Assembly (NCBI GenBank): GCA_963708435.1
Contig: CAVPSZ010000023.1
Span: 72,765 to 136,764, forward strand
Source of the DNA: an uncultured Bacteroidales bacterium
Lineage (GTDB): Bacteria; Bacteroidota; Bacteroidia; Bacteroidales; JAADJA01
Reading direction: 5' to 3'
Length of the DNA stretch: 64,000 nucleotides
Position numbers and translations under genes: made by a program. The notes beneath the pieces were generated by a model. It was not told where the DNA came from. It saw only the letters and a list, made by a program, of their open reading frames with translations, and ran no database searches. Below, in pieces: positions 30,123 through 39,400 of this stretch (its first letter is position 1; each line of letters starts with the position of its first letter).

Positions 30123-30461
30123 ATGAACGCTTTAAGAAACAGAGTACAACTCATCGGACACCTGGGAAATGATCCCGAAATCAAATCATTAAATGGTGGA
30201 AAGAACGTAGCCAGATTTTCTATGGCTACAAGTGAATCCTATAAAAAGGAAAATGGTGACAAAGTCACCGAAACCCAGTGGCACAATATCGTTGCCTGGA
30301 ACGGTACAGCAAAAATCGTTGAAAAACTACTGAAGAAAGGCAGTGAAGTTGTGGTCGAAGGAAAGCTAACTTCCCGCAGTTGGGATGATAAAGATGGCAA
30401 AAAGCACTACATCACTGAAATTGTTGCTAACGAAATCCTCCTTTTAAAGTCGAAGGAATAA
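30123..30461 (+). CDS. ssb: single-stranded DNA-binding protein (short form without acidic tail)
   Basis: 112 aa. MNALRNRVQLIGHLGNDPE...TQWHNIVAWNGTAKIVEKLLKKGSEVVVEGKLTSRSW.DKDGKKHYITEIV is an OB-fold SSB pattern. Confidence 0.85.
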   Translation: MNALRNRVQLIGHLGNDPEIKSLNGGKNVARFSMATSESYKKENGDKVTETQWHNIVAWNGTAKIVEKLLKKGSEVVVEGKLTSRSWDDKDGKKHYITEIVANEILLLKSKE

Positions 30462-30483
30462 GCAAATCCTTTGACTAATAATC

Positions 30484-30528
30484 AGGATGACCATTCCCAA
30501 TCATGGCGGGAAGGTCATCCTTTTTTTG
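30484..30528 (+). terminator. rho-independent terminator of ssb
   Basis: Stem AGGATGACC (30484-30492) / GGTCATCCT (30513-30521) followed by T7. Confidence 0.75.
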
Positions 30529-30536
30529 TATTTGCG

Positions 30537-30681
30537 ATTGACTAAAGTTTAAATTGACTAATTATGAATTGGATTCAATTGAATTTTGTGCTCTTTAACT
30601 GAAATGAATTTCACCAAAATTTAAACTTGTTATTCAGCTCCATTTTAGGCATTCAAGTCAATTTAGTCAATTTAGTCAATT
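30537..30681. repeat. inverted cluster of the 9-mer ATTGACTAA
   Basis: ATTGACTAA occurs at 30537-30545 and 30553-30561 on the plus strand. Tandem TTAGTCAAT copies lie at 30663-30671 and 30672-30680, with a partial copy at 30656-30662 (reverse orientation). The two clusters enclose about 95 bp. The same word occurs at 32157-32165 and 32173-32181. Confidence 0.7.
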
Positions 30682-30688
30682 CCCTGAC

Positions 30689-30986
30689 TCAATCCGGTTT
30701 CTTTACCTTCAAATAATCCTGCAAAGCCTCCACATATTTTTCGAAGGCATCAATTCCTTTCGGTGAAACTTTACAGGTCGTAAGCGGATAATTATTCCGG
30801 AAGCTTTTCTTTACATCAATATAATCACCTTCTTTCAGTTTGTTGATCTGAACGCTGAGGTTTCCCCTAGTCGCGCCGGTTTTTTCGAGAAGGAAATTAA
30901 ACTCTGCCGATTCTACGCTGATCAGCAGGCTCATGATCGAAAGCCTGTAGCTGATTGTGCAGTAAAGGATCCAATTCCTGAAACAT
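30689..30986 (-). pseudogene. small winged-helix transcriptional regulator, one frameshift near 30947
   Basis: The ATG at 30986 gives MFQELDPLLHNQ. The 81-aa frame continues YRLSIMSLLISVESAEFNFLLEKTGATRGNLSVQINKLKEGDYI.... Removing one base in CAGCTACAGG restores LDPLLHNQLRLSIMSLL. The start lies 4 bp after the stop of the upstream membrane-protein gene. Confidence 0.6.
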
Positions 30987-30989
30987 GGC

Positions 30990-31568
30990 TTAATTCTCCT
31001 TTGACTTTAAAATGTAACCCGGAATCAGGTAAGAAATAATAACAGATAATGCAATCAGCAATAATACATTTTCAGAAGCTACAAAAAAAGCTATAACTGC
31101 AATGATCCAGCAGGCAATCCCCCCAATGATCAATGGCCTGAACCGCAGAACGCCTCCTGATACAAAGGTGCCCAGTCCGTAAAGCGATATAATGAGAGGA
31201 TGGGTGGTTATCCAGGGAATTTTCTGAAATGCTGCCATAACAATGATAATCATGAGTGTAAAGAAAAACCCGTACCAAAGGTAAATCATCATATTATCGA
31301 AATGAGAAACCACCTTTGCTTTCTTTCCAAGCCGGATACCGGCGATAATTGAAACAACCATTCCTCCCAGCATCAGTATCGGCCAGGGAAGGTAAGAATA
31401 TTCATGATAATTCATCCTCAACAGGAGGTAATGAGTCAGACTAGCGATCAATACCAGCCAACCCCATAATAAATAGAAGAAACTGTTGTCCCTGAGTTTG
31501 CTCTTTGAAGTTGCAATCATTTCCTGAATGATTTTCATGCTTTCATGTTCCGTAAGATTTGTTTCCAT
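30990..31568 (-). CDS. multi-pass membrane protein (about 5-6 TM helices), hypothetical
   Basis: 192 aa and highly hydrophobic. It looks translationally coupled to the winged-helix gene. Confidence 0.5.
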   Translation of the reverse strand: METNLTEHESMKIIQEMIATSKSKLRDNSFFYLLWGWLVLIASLTHYLLLRMNYHEYSYLPWPILMLGGMVVSIIAGIRLGKKAKVVSHFDNMMIYLWYGFFFTLMIIIVMAAFQKIPWITTHPLIISLYGLGTFVSGGVLRFRPLIIGGIACWIIAVIAFFVASENVLLLIALSVIISYLIPGYILKSKEN

Positions 31569-31714
31569 AATAAATTGTTTTTTAAATTAAAATGATAAAT
31601 TAAATAATAAATAAGTTGCAAAGATAAATAAGTTTATTTAATAAACCAAATTTATTTTAATTTTTTTTTGAACTTTTTACAATGTCGTATGTTTGCGACA
31701 TACTAAAATGTATT

Positions 31715-32006
31715 ATGACATATACAAAGTCAACGGCATTTGAAGTCAATCTGCAGGAAGTGTCAAAATTTGCTAATGTGGCATCCCATCCGGCAAGACT
31801 GGCCATTCTGCAACACTTATCAAAATGCTGTACTTGTCATTTCGGGTGTTATTGCCAGTGAGTTGCCTTTAAGCCGCACAACTGTTTCGCAGCATCTCCT
31901 GGAGTTAAAAAATCTGTGATTATTAAAATATGAATTGAATGTGGTAAAAGTTTGTTATGAAGTAGATATAAAAATGCTGATGAATTTTAAACAAGCATTA
32001 GGATAA
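31715..32006 (+). pseudogene. arsR: degraded ArsR/SmtB-family regulator
   Basis: Frame 1 reads ...VSKFANVASHPARLAILQHLSK, then breaks. The next frame reads VIASELPLSRTTVSQHLLELKNL and ends in a stop. A third frame reads LLKYELNVVKVCYEVDIKMLMNFKQALG*. There are at least two frame changes plus an internal stop. It lies upstream of arsM. Confidence 0.65.
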
Positions 32007-32243
32007 TTATTTTGAAGTGGGATTGCTTGAACTTATGTGTGGCTCTAAAAAATAGTTGATTGCCCGCCTTAATAGGTCTAACATGAAATTGAACCGAGAA
32101 CTCAATCTTAAATCTGGCTTGCCGGCAGGCAGGCTTCGAAAAGAACAATTGCCTAAATTGACTAGATTTTAGATTGACTAAATTAGAAGATCAGAAAACA
32201 GAGAACAGAAAACGAAGTAAAAAAACTGTATACAATAATTATA

Positions 32244-33041
32244 ATGGAAGAAAAAATTAAGACAGTAGAACAAAAAACTCAGGTTGAAAATAGCGCTTGT
32301 GGTTGTGGATCAGGCGGCTGCGGTTCCCATTCTCACGGCCATAGCCATCATCATGCTCATGGTGAAATGGAAATGCCTGTTCGTTTCCAGATACTCCGGG
32401 AGGGGGACAGGGTCGTTGAGTTCGGATCAGGGACAGGAAATGATTGCCTGGCTGCTGCCCAGGTTGTTGGTCCAACAGGAAAAGTAATAGGAATTGAAAT
32501 TTCTGAAAAGAACCTCAACATCTCAAGGGAGTATGTTGATAAATTAAGGATTTCTAATGTTGAATTCAGGCAGGGAGATATTCAGAATGTTCCTTTACCA
32601 AAAGAGTATGCTGATATTGTCTTTTCAAATTGTGTGTTTAATCTGCAGCAAAACAAACAAAAGGTAGCAGACGAAATGTACAGGGTTACCGACCATCACG
32701 GTTTGGTTTGCATTTCCGATTTTGTGACCCTACAGCCAGTGCCTGAGGGATTGAAAAAAGAAGGAGGGGAACTTGCCGGATGCATTGCAGGTGCTGAGAA
32801 CATTGAAGATTTTGTGGAATATTTCAGAAAAACAGGATTTATCAATCTTGAAATTGTTGAGATGAACAAAGTTCACTTACCGGATGATATTTTTTACAGG
32901 CATCTGACTCAGGAACAGGTTGAAAACTATAAAAGTATAAATTCAGATGAGGGCATTTTCAGTGTGACATTGATCGCTGAAAAGCCTGAGACATGTTCAG
33001 CAGAAACCTGTTGCTGTAACGCGGATAAGCACAAAAACTAA
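32244..33041 (+). CDS. arsM: arsenite S-adenosylmethionine methyltransferase-like protein with Cys/His-rich termini
   Basis: SAM motif VVEFGSGTGNDCLAAAQVVGPTGKVIGIE. Also DIVFSNCVFNL and LAGCIAGAE, the conserved Cys-containing ArsM blocks. N-terminus CGCGSGGCGSHSHGHSHHHAHGE. C-terminus CSAETCCCNADKH. Confidence 0.7.
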   Translation: MEEKIKTVEQKTQVENSACGCGSGGCGSHSHGHSHHHAHGEMEMPVRFQILREGDRVVEFGSGTGNDCLAAAQVVGPTGKVIGIEISEKNLNISREYVDKLRISNVEFRQGDIQNVPLPKEYADIVFSNCVFNLQQNKQKVADEMYRVTDHHGLVCISDFVTLQPVPEGLKKEGGELAGCIAGAENIEDFVEYFRKTGFINLEIVEMNKVHLPDDIFYRHLTQEQVENYKSINSDEGIFSVTLIAEKPETCSAETCCCNADKHKN

Positions 33042-33098
33042 TCAACCCGTAGTTTTTTAAGGAGTCCTTGAAATTAATGTTACCGGATTATTATCATC

Positions 33099-33497
33099 TC
33101 AAAGTACCTTTTTGGAAAGGATTTGGGCTTTGTCGTTAAGGAGCAGGAGAATTCTGATAACCGGATTTTTCCTGACGATCACTTCATAAAAAATGTTGTT
33201 CCCCCTGTTGATAAGGATTGCATTCATGATTTCGCCCCTGGAAGCGGCGATCGTTTTAGCAGGTTCAGGAAGAGAGGTAGGTGATATGTTGGTTCTGATT
33301 TCAATCAGGTTTCCCAACTTGTCGAATCGTGCAATTTTTTCAATTTCGTTGTCGTAAAACAATGCTTCAAACACTTTCCCGGCCTTTGACCATTCCACAT
33401 TAACCGAATGATCAAACACACGGGAAAATCCAGTGACAACAGATTGCGGAACCTTTAACGGTTTCTTTTGAAAAAAATTCTTAATCAGACTTTTCAC
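33099..33497 (-). CDS. PepSY-like (beta-lactamase-inhibitor-like) small protein
   Basis: 132 aa with two ~55-aa pseudo-repeats (...VEWSKAGKVFEALF...KIARFDKLGNLIE...). It is downstream of the sigma factor gene. Confidence 0.4.
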   Translation of the reverse strand: MKSLIKNFFQKKPLKVPQSVVTGFSRVFDHSVNVEWSKAGKVFEALFYDNEIEKIARFDKLGNLIEIRTNISPTSLPEPAKTIAASRGEIMNAILINRGNNIFYEVIVRKNPVIRILLLLNDKAQILSKKVL

Positions 33498-33551
33498 CCA
33501 ATAAATTTTGTATTATGACGGACATAATCATGTTTGGTCACATAAAAAAGT

Positions 33552-34130
33552 TTATTGGGTCTCAGAATATTCCCGTTTATACAAATAGACAACCCTAGCT
33601 CTTGCCCGTTTAATTCGCATTTTGGCTGCGCTTTCACTTATCCTGAGCGATTTTCCAATATGGCTGATCGGAATCTCGTCGTTGTACTTCATGAGCAGCA
33701 GGGCTTTTTCTTCGGGGTGTATCAAGTCGAGGATTTTCATCAGTCGCTGGTAATTGATCTCGGTTAAATCCTCTTCCGATTCATCGATTATTTCCGGGAG
33801 TTCATTGTTGTTATTCCATTCCGGATAATGCAGCTTGTTTTTTAACCTCAGAAAATCGATGCAATAATTATAGGTAATAGAGTAAAGCCAGGACGAGAAA
33901 GATGAATTGCCTTTAAAGGATTTGAGTTTTTCAAAAGTTCTTTCGAACACATTTTGAACAGCATCATCTGCCAACTCTTTATTTTTAAGCAATCCGTAGC
34001 ATTTGTCGCGTACCTTTTTGGAGTATCGATCGTAAATCACCTGAAACAGGTCATTGTTATTTTCCTTAATCAGGATGGATACGATTTCTTCATCCTTTAA
34101 TGACCTGAAATGATCGCTCTTCATCAGCAA
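33552..34130 (-). CDS. ECF-type sigma-70 family RNA polymerase sigma factor
   Basis: 192 aa. Region 2 (DDAVQNVFERTFEKLKSFKGNSSFSSWLYSITYNYCIDFLR) and region 4 (ISHIGKSLRISESAAKMRIKRAR). Confidence 0.8.
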   Translation of the reverse strand: MLMKSDHFRSLKDEEIVSILIKENNNDLFQVIYDRYSKKVRDKCYGLLKNKELADDAVQNVFERTFEKLKSFKGNSSFSSWLYSITYNYCIDFLRLKNKLHYPEWNNNNELPEIIDESEEDLTEINYQRLMKILDLIHPEEKALLLMKYNDEIPISHIGKSLRISESAAKMRIKRARARVVYLYKREYSETQ

Positions 34131-34368
34131 AATTAAAAAATCATCAGCGAAGGTAGCAAATGTTTATTATTATAAACCAAGATATGATTAAAAGTTTTTT
34201 AAAAAAAATTGTTACTTTTTTATTATTTCTCGTCTTAATAACATTAATTTTGCGCCCGCGTTCTTTAATGATTATTTTAGAATTCAATATCCGTGAGGAA
34301 AAGCAATAAAATTTAAAGTAAATAAAGTATACATTTTTAACAATTAATTCATTACTGGAGGAAACATC

Positions 34369-34965
34369 ATGAAAAACAGAATTTTATTAAGTTTGATTAC
34401 CGTGATTACAGTGGCATTTATGACCAGTTGTAACAAAGTCCCGCAAGTTGAAATTGATGCAGCTACTTTAGCGCTCAGCGAAGCTAAGGCAGCCGGTGCA
34501 GATCTTTATCTGCCGGATCAATACAACGCTATTCAGGATTCGATGAATGTTGCTATGCAGATTATCGAAGCCAAGAAATCAAAATGGTTTGCACGTTATG
34601 GCGAAAGCATTAAACAGCTCGAAGCAATTAAAGTAAAATCAGCAGAAGTTGTTCAGGCTACCCAGGTTCGTAAAGAAGAAATCAAGAGAGAAGTTGAAGC
34701 TTCGTTAACCGAAGTCACAACACTCCTCACCGAAGACAAAGACCTGCTTGCCAAAGCTCCGAGAGGTAAAGAAGGCAAGGAAGTTCTTGACGCCATTACC
34801 AGTGAACTTGCAGTTCTTGAAACCACCGTTGGTGAAGTTAGCGCTCAGCTTGCAAGCGGAGATTTACTCGGTGCTCAAAGCAAAGTAAATGCTGCTAAAG
34901 AAAAAGCAATGTCGATTAAAACTGAATTAGAAAATGCTATTGCTAAAAAAGCAGGCAAGAAATAA
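34369..34965 (+). CDS. coiled-coil lipoprotein (DUF4398-like)
   Basis: Lipobox FMTSC, then an Ala/Glu/Lys-rich helical sequence with LSEAKAAGADLYLPDQYNAIQDS. Confidence 0.55.
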   Translation: MKNRILLSLITVITVAFMTSCNKVPQVEIDAATLALSEAKAAGADLYLPDQYNAIQDSMNVAMQIIEAKKSKWFARYGESIKQLEAIKVKSAEVVQATQVRKEEIKREVEASLTEVTTLLTEDKDLLAKAPRGKEGKEVLDAITSELAVLETTVGEVSAQLASGDLLGAQSKVNAAKEKAMSIKTELENAIAKKAGKK

Positions 34966-34992
34966 ATATCTAAAACAGTAAATAATAAGTAT

Positions 34993-35028
34993 AACCCCCG
35001 GGAAGTTTCTTTCGGGGGTTTTATTTAA
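34993..35028 (+). terminator. stem-loop/partial terminator between lipoprotein and first L,D-transpeptidase gene
   Basis: Stem AACCCCCG (34993-35000) / CGGGGGTT (35013-35020) followed by TTATTT. Confidence 0.55.
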
Positions 35029-35041
35029 TTTTTAGTTTTGA

Positions 35042-36160
35042 ATGAAAAGGAAACGGAAGACAAGAATTGCGATCGTGCTGGGGGTATCAGTGGTGATCAT
35101 CACTGCCCTTGTTTTTCTGTTTGTGCGAATGGCTCCCGTTCCGCCGATTGAAAAAATAGAAAGAGCAAGAATTGCCGTTTCTGAAGCCAAAAAAGTGAGG
35201 GCGGACGCTTATGCACCTTCCCTGTTTAAGGAATCGGAAAAGCTATACAACATGGCTATAACCCGATGGAAATCGGAAAATGAAAAATTTATTCTGAAAC
35301 GCGATTTCGAATCTATCGACCAACTGGTAGAGCTTTCTGTTGCAAAGGCAAAAGAAGCAAAAAATAAAGCCCTTTCCCATTCCAGCGACCTCGAAACCTC
35401 AATCGGCGCTACTATTAATGCTCTTGAAAACTCGGTTGAAAAATACGATAAGCTCTTTAACAATCTTCCTTTGCGGAAGGTCACTTTTCAGAATTATGAA
35501 AAAGGCCTGATGCTCTTAAAAGAAGGAAAATATGACTATAAAGCAAAGAATTATCTCGTCAGCAAACCTAAAATTGACAAGGCTTCGAAATATCTTAACG
35601 ATTGCTTTGCAACAGTAAAATCCTACCTGAAAGATTATTTCACTAGTTATTCCTCGTGGATAGATTGGAATGAAAGAACGATCAGTGGTGCCAAAAAAAA
35701 TAAGTCAGATGCAATCGTGGTGGATAAATTCGCAAAAAAATGTTATGTTTATAAAAACGGAAAACTGAAACACACTTTTGATTGTGACCTGGGTAAAAAC
35801 TGGATCGGAAGGAAAAGACACAAAGGAGATAAAGCCACACCCGAAGGGATTTATCATGTTACGAAAAAACTTGACAGCAATAAAACAAAATATTATAAGG
35901 CTTTGCTGATTAATTACCCCAATGATGAGGATAAAAGCAGGTTCAATAAAGAAATAAGGCAGGGTACTCTATCCAAAAGAACCCAAATTGGCGGTTTGAT
36001 TGAAATTCATGGAAACGGAGGAAAGGGAGCTAACTGGACAGAGGGTTGTGTAGCCTTAAAAGACAGCGATATGGATATTATTTTCCGGATTGCTGATGTC
36101 GGAACACCCGTAACCATTGTCGGTTCGCTGGAACGTTTATCTGATCTTGTGGACTTATAA
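35042..36160 (+). CDS. L,D-transpeptidase (YkuD) family protein with N-terminal DUF4398-like helical domain
   Basis: TM anchor. VSEAKKVRADAYAPSLFKESEKLY is paralogous to the preceding lipoprotein. C-terminal catalytic pattern LIEIHGNGGKGANWTEGCVAL (His...Cys). Confidence 0.7.
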   Translation: MKRKRKTRIAIVLGVSVVIITALVFLFVRMAPVPPIEKIERARIAVSEAKKVRADAYAPSLFKESEKLYNMAITRWKSENEKFILKRDFESIDQLVELSVAKAKEAKNKALSHSSDLETSIGATINALENSVEKYDKLFNNLPLRKVTFQNYEKGLMLLKEGKYDYKAKNYLVSKPKIDKASKYLNDCFATVKSYLKDYFTSYSSWIDWNERTISGAKKNKSDAIVVDKFAKKCYVYKNGKLKHTFDCDLGKNWIGRKRHKGDKATPEGIYHVTKKLDSNKTKYYKALLINYPNDEDKSRFNKEIRQGTLSKRTQIGGLIEIHGNGGKGANWTEGCVALKDSDMDIIFRIADVGTPVTIVGSLERLSDLVDL

Positions 36161-36204
36161 AATTAAATGGAAAGATCTGTATTTAATGATTTTAAAATTT
36201 ATCA

Positions 36205-36933
36205 ATGAAGCTATTAACGGTATTATCTGAACGGTTTCATTCATCGAAGAAATTCAGGACATGGAGTTTTTTCATTGGGTCGGTTGTTGTGATCATACTT
36301 ATGGTTTTATTCGCCTTTATTTTCGTACTTCATATTTTACCCGCAGCATACGATAATGGAGCAAGGCTGGTGGAAGTTCAGGTGAAAGCCGAAGAAAACT
36401 TACCGGAGACGGATTCTCTCAGAACAGAAACTGTAAATAAGCAGGTAAAAATTGTTACAGGACTGGAGAAGCAGTTCGAAAAGCTTACTCCCAAAGCCAA
36501 TTACCTTGTGATCAACACCACTGAAAACCGTTTTTTTCTTTATTCGGGAAAGGAACTATTGCGGGCAGGAATGTGTTCGACCGGCAGCTATACATTACTC
36601 GTAAAGGATGATAAAAAGAAATGGGAGTTCAAAACCCCGAAAGGAATCTTTAAGATACGGGAGAGAAAAACCGAGCCGGTATGGAAAAAGCCCGACTGGG
36701 CATTTGTGGAAGAAGGGCTTCCTGTTCCGTCTCCCAATCACCCGTCGAGGTATGAATACGGCACCCTTGGGGATTATGCCCTTAGCCTGGGTGATGGATA
36801 CATGATCCACGGAACACTTTACCAGCGATTCCTTGGTATGCCTGTAACTCATGGTTGCATCAGGCTCGGCGATGACGATCTTGAGGCCGTTTTCAAAGCA
36901 ATGCCTACGGGAGCCAAAGTGTATATTTATTAG
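36205..36933 (+). CDS. L,D-transpeptidase (YkuD) family protein
   Basis: TM anchor. YMIHGTLYQRFLGMPVTHGCIRL is the canonical HG..(S/T)HGC(I/V)R active site. Confidence 0.8.
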   Translation: MKLLTVLSERFHSSKKFRTWSFFIGSVVVIILMVLFAFIFVLHILPAAYDNGARLVEVQVKAEENLPETDSLRTETVNKQVKIVTGLEKQFEKLTPKANYLVINTTENRFFLYSGKELLRAGMCSTGSYTLLVKDDKKKWEFKTPKGIFKIRERKTEPVWKKPDWAFVEEGLPVPSPNHPSRYEYGTLGDYALSLGDGYMIHGTLYQRFLGMPVTHGCIRLGDDDLEAVFKAMPTGAKVYIY

Positions 36934-36944
36934 TTTCCAGTCAC

Positions 36945-37691
36945 ATGAAAAACAAAATATTAATCATCATCCTTTCGTCCCTGATTCTGATCCTTATCGT
37001 CACATTTATTGTGCTTTCGGCTATGGCGCCCATCAGGGCGGTCAGGCTCGTCAATGAAAATTACCCCGACTCAGGAATGACAGAAAAGTATTCATCCGGG
37101 CAAATCTACCTGATGAAAAAAGAAGCATTCTTAAAGGCAAGGCTAAAAATGGCTGAAGCCGACTCAGCATGTTTGTCAATCAATCTTTTGGATAGCATCA
37201 TCATTGTGGAAATTCAGGGAGTTAAACTGCTCGAAACTAAAATCCAGAAATCATGGACGAGTAAAATCTATTCCCGATTCAGTAAACAAGCTTTTTATGA
37301 CTGCTTTGCAGCGCCATTTGTAATTGACAGCGATTACTGCACAATACCTAAGGAATTTTTCAATATCAAATACGCCCCGGAAGACACTATTGCCGCACAA
37401 GCTCCTAAAACCATGCCCGACACCACCATTAAAGATCCGGTTTATTTTACCCTTTACCTCGACCGGGGACTGATGATCGATATAAGACAATCCGATACCC
37501 TGCGTCCTGAAATTTATAAAGTTTACAACCAACACCTCCGGGATCAAAAAATAAAGAAAATGTGGAGTTCGCTTTATAAGTTCGAAGTTCCTGCCTACGA
37601 TCCCGTGATCAGGATTGAAATCCCGCACAAAGATGCCCGCTCCATTTACAAAGCGCTGCCCAGGCATGCACAGGTGTCGGTGATTTTATAG
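36945..37691 (+). CDS. hypothetical membrane-anchored protein, last gene of the L,D-transpeptidase operon
   Basis: 248 aa with an N-terminal TM helix. It starts 12 bp after the preceding stop. I recognise no family. Confidence 0.45.
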   Translation: MKNKILIIILSSLILILIVTFIVLSAMAPIRAVRLVNENYPDSGMTEKYSSGQIYLMKKEAFLKARLKMAEADSACLSINLLDSIIIVEIQGVKLLETKIQKSWTSKIYSRFSKQAFYDCFAAPFVIDSDYCTIPKEFFNIKYAPEDTIAAQAPKTMPDTTIKDPVYFTLYLDRGLMIDIRQSDTLRPEIYKVYNQHLRDQKIKKMWSSLYKFEVPAYDPVIRIEIPHKDARSIYKALPRHAQVSVIL

Positions 37692-37912
37692 TTCTGAGAT
37701 AAAAAACAGTTCTGTAATAGATCGAAATTCTATTCATTATATAACTGTCAGGCGGGCGTGAAATCATACCTTTAAGACAGATTCGAAGTTTTTACATTCA
37801 AATTACATTTCTACTCAAATATTTTACCCCGAATAAAATTTAAACAGTCTCAAATTAAAGGAATGTTTTTTTGTAAATTTGTTTGGTTAAATATACTCTA
37901 AAACAATAAAAT

Positions 37913-39400
37913 ATGAAACAGCTTTTTACACTATTTTTATTGGCATTACTGAATATCCCCAACCTTTTTACTCAAAATGTGAACGGGATAATAATTTCAG
38001 ATTCGGCAAATCTGACTGTTGTTAAAATTTGGGGAACCCATGAAGAAAGAGGATTGGCATACGGCTATCTGCTGGGAGAAGAGATCAGTGATATGGTAAC
38101 CAATTATATGCTGCCAATTTTGGGAACGCACCATGATGAAGCTCGTCAGGTTATTATCGATGGTGAAGATATTTCAATTGATCCGGAATTTGTGCAGGAG
38201 GCGATGGCCATGGTAGAAGGAATGAACATGGCTGGTACCAATTACGCAAATATAGATTATATTGACGGCCTTATATCCAATGCTTTTCTCGATATCCTGA
38301 AACTACTCGGACTGGCTGCCGATGGACCGGGATGCTCCAGCCTGATGAGCTGGGGAGACGCAACCTTAGGAACCGGCCTTGATGGAAAATCGGTTATCTC
38401 AAGGCACCTGGACTGGACACCCCATCCAACGCTGATCAATAACCAGGTGATGGCAATCCATTTTCCGTCGGAAGCAGATGAGCAGCCCTGGGCTTTGGCA
38501 GGATTTGCAGGGCAAATGAGTGTACTTTCGGGATTCAATCAGCATATCGCCGTCTTTCAGCACATGATGAGCGATTTTTCAGGACCGACCGTTCATCATG
38601 CCGGATTTGAACCTGTATGGCTCACCCTTCGGAAATCTATTGAAAAGCTCGACTTTAATAATGACGGAGTTAACAATACTCAGGATGTTTGGGATGCCGT
38701 AAATCAAAACACCATGGGCTATGCCGACGGATATATCCTAACCGCTTTGGCTCCTTCCACCGCCGGAGCCGACAGCCTGATCGCACTGGTAGCAGAGGTT
38801 ACACCTCAGGTACCCCTGATCACTTTCCGGACTAATTCATATCCGGATGCCATTCCCGGAGATAATCTTTACGCTGCAAATTATGAGATCAAAAGGAATA
38901 ATCATAACCATTATTGCCCAAGATATACGGCTGTCAAAGTTGCGTTAGGCGACGGAACAGGAATCGGACTGGAAGAAAACTGGCAGATCATGCGCGATTA
39001 CTCCAACTCTTCTTTCGGGAATATCCAGTTCATGCAGTTCAGTCCTGAATCGGATCTGTTCAGAATCTCTGTTTTCAGGGAGAATGCGCCAGCATACCAG
39101 AAACCACCGGTTGATTTTACCATTTCCGGGTTGTTTTTGCTGCCGGTTGGAATAACTAATCATAATCAAAATTCTGAAAGGTTTTTATTCCCTAATCCAG
39201 CCTGCTTTGAAATTCATGTCAGGTTTGATAAGAATGTGAAGGGAAGTAATTATCAGATTTATTCAATAGATGGTCATATTGTTTCAGAGGGAGAAATTGT
39301 TGAGGAATATCAAACTATTTCCATTCAACATCTTAAAACTGGAATTTACTTCCTAAAAAAAGACATTAATGCGGGAATTAAGTTTATTAAGTATTACTAG
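37913..39400 (+). CDS. secreted C45/Ntn-hydrolase-like protein with dockerin/EF-hand-like loop and T9SS C-terminal domain
   Basis: Signal peptide. GPGCSSLMSWGDATLGTGLDGKSVISRHLDW resembles the Gly-Cys autoprocessing site plus the RN.DW block of C45/choloylglycine-type Ntn hydrolases. LDFNNDGVNNTQDVWDAV looks like a Ca-binding loop. C-terminus FLFPNPACFEIHV...LKTGIYFLK. Confidence 0.45.
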   Translation: MKQLFTLFLLALLNIPNLFTQNVNGIIISDSANLTVVKIWGTHEERGLAYGYLLGEEISDMVTNYMLPILGTHHDEARQVIIDGEDISIDPEFVQEAMAMVEGMNMAGTNYANIDYIDGLISNAFLDILKLLGLAADGPGCSSLMSWGDATLGTGLDGKSVISRHLDWTPHPTLINNQVMAIHFPSEADEQPWALAGFAGQMSVLSGFNQHIAVFQHMMSDFSGPTVHHAGFEPVWLTLRKSIEKLDFNNDGVNNTQDVWDAVNQNTMGYADGYILTALAPSTAGADSLIALVAEVTPQVPLITFRTNSYPDAIPGDNLYAANYEIKRNNHNHYCPRYTAVKVALGDGTGIGLEENWQIMRDYSNSSFGNIQFMQFSPESDLFRISVFRENAPAYQKPPVDFTISGLFLLPVGITNHNQNSERFLFPNPACFEIHVRFDKNVKGSNYQIYSIDGHIVSEGEIVEEYQTISIQHLKTGIYFLKKDINAGIKFIKYY

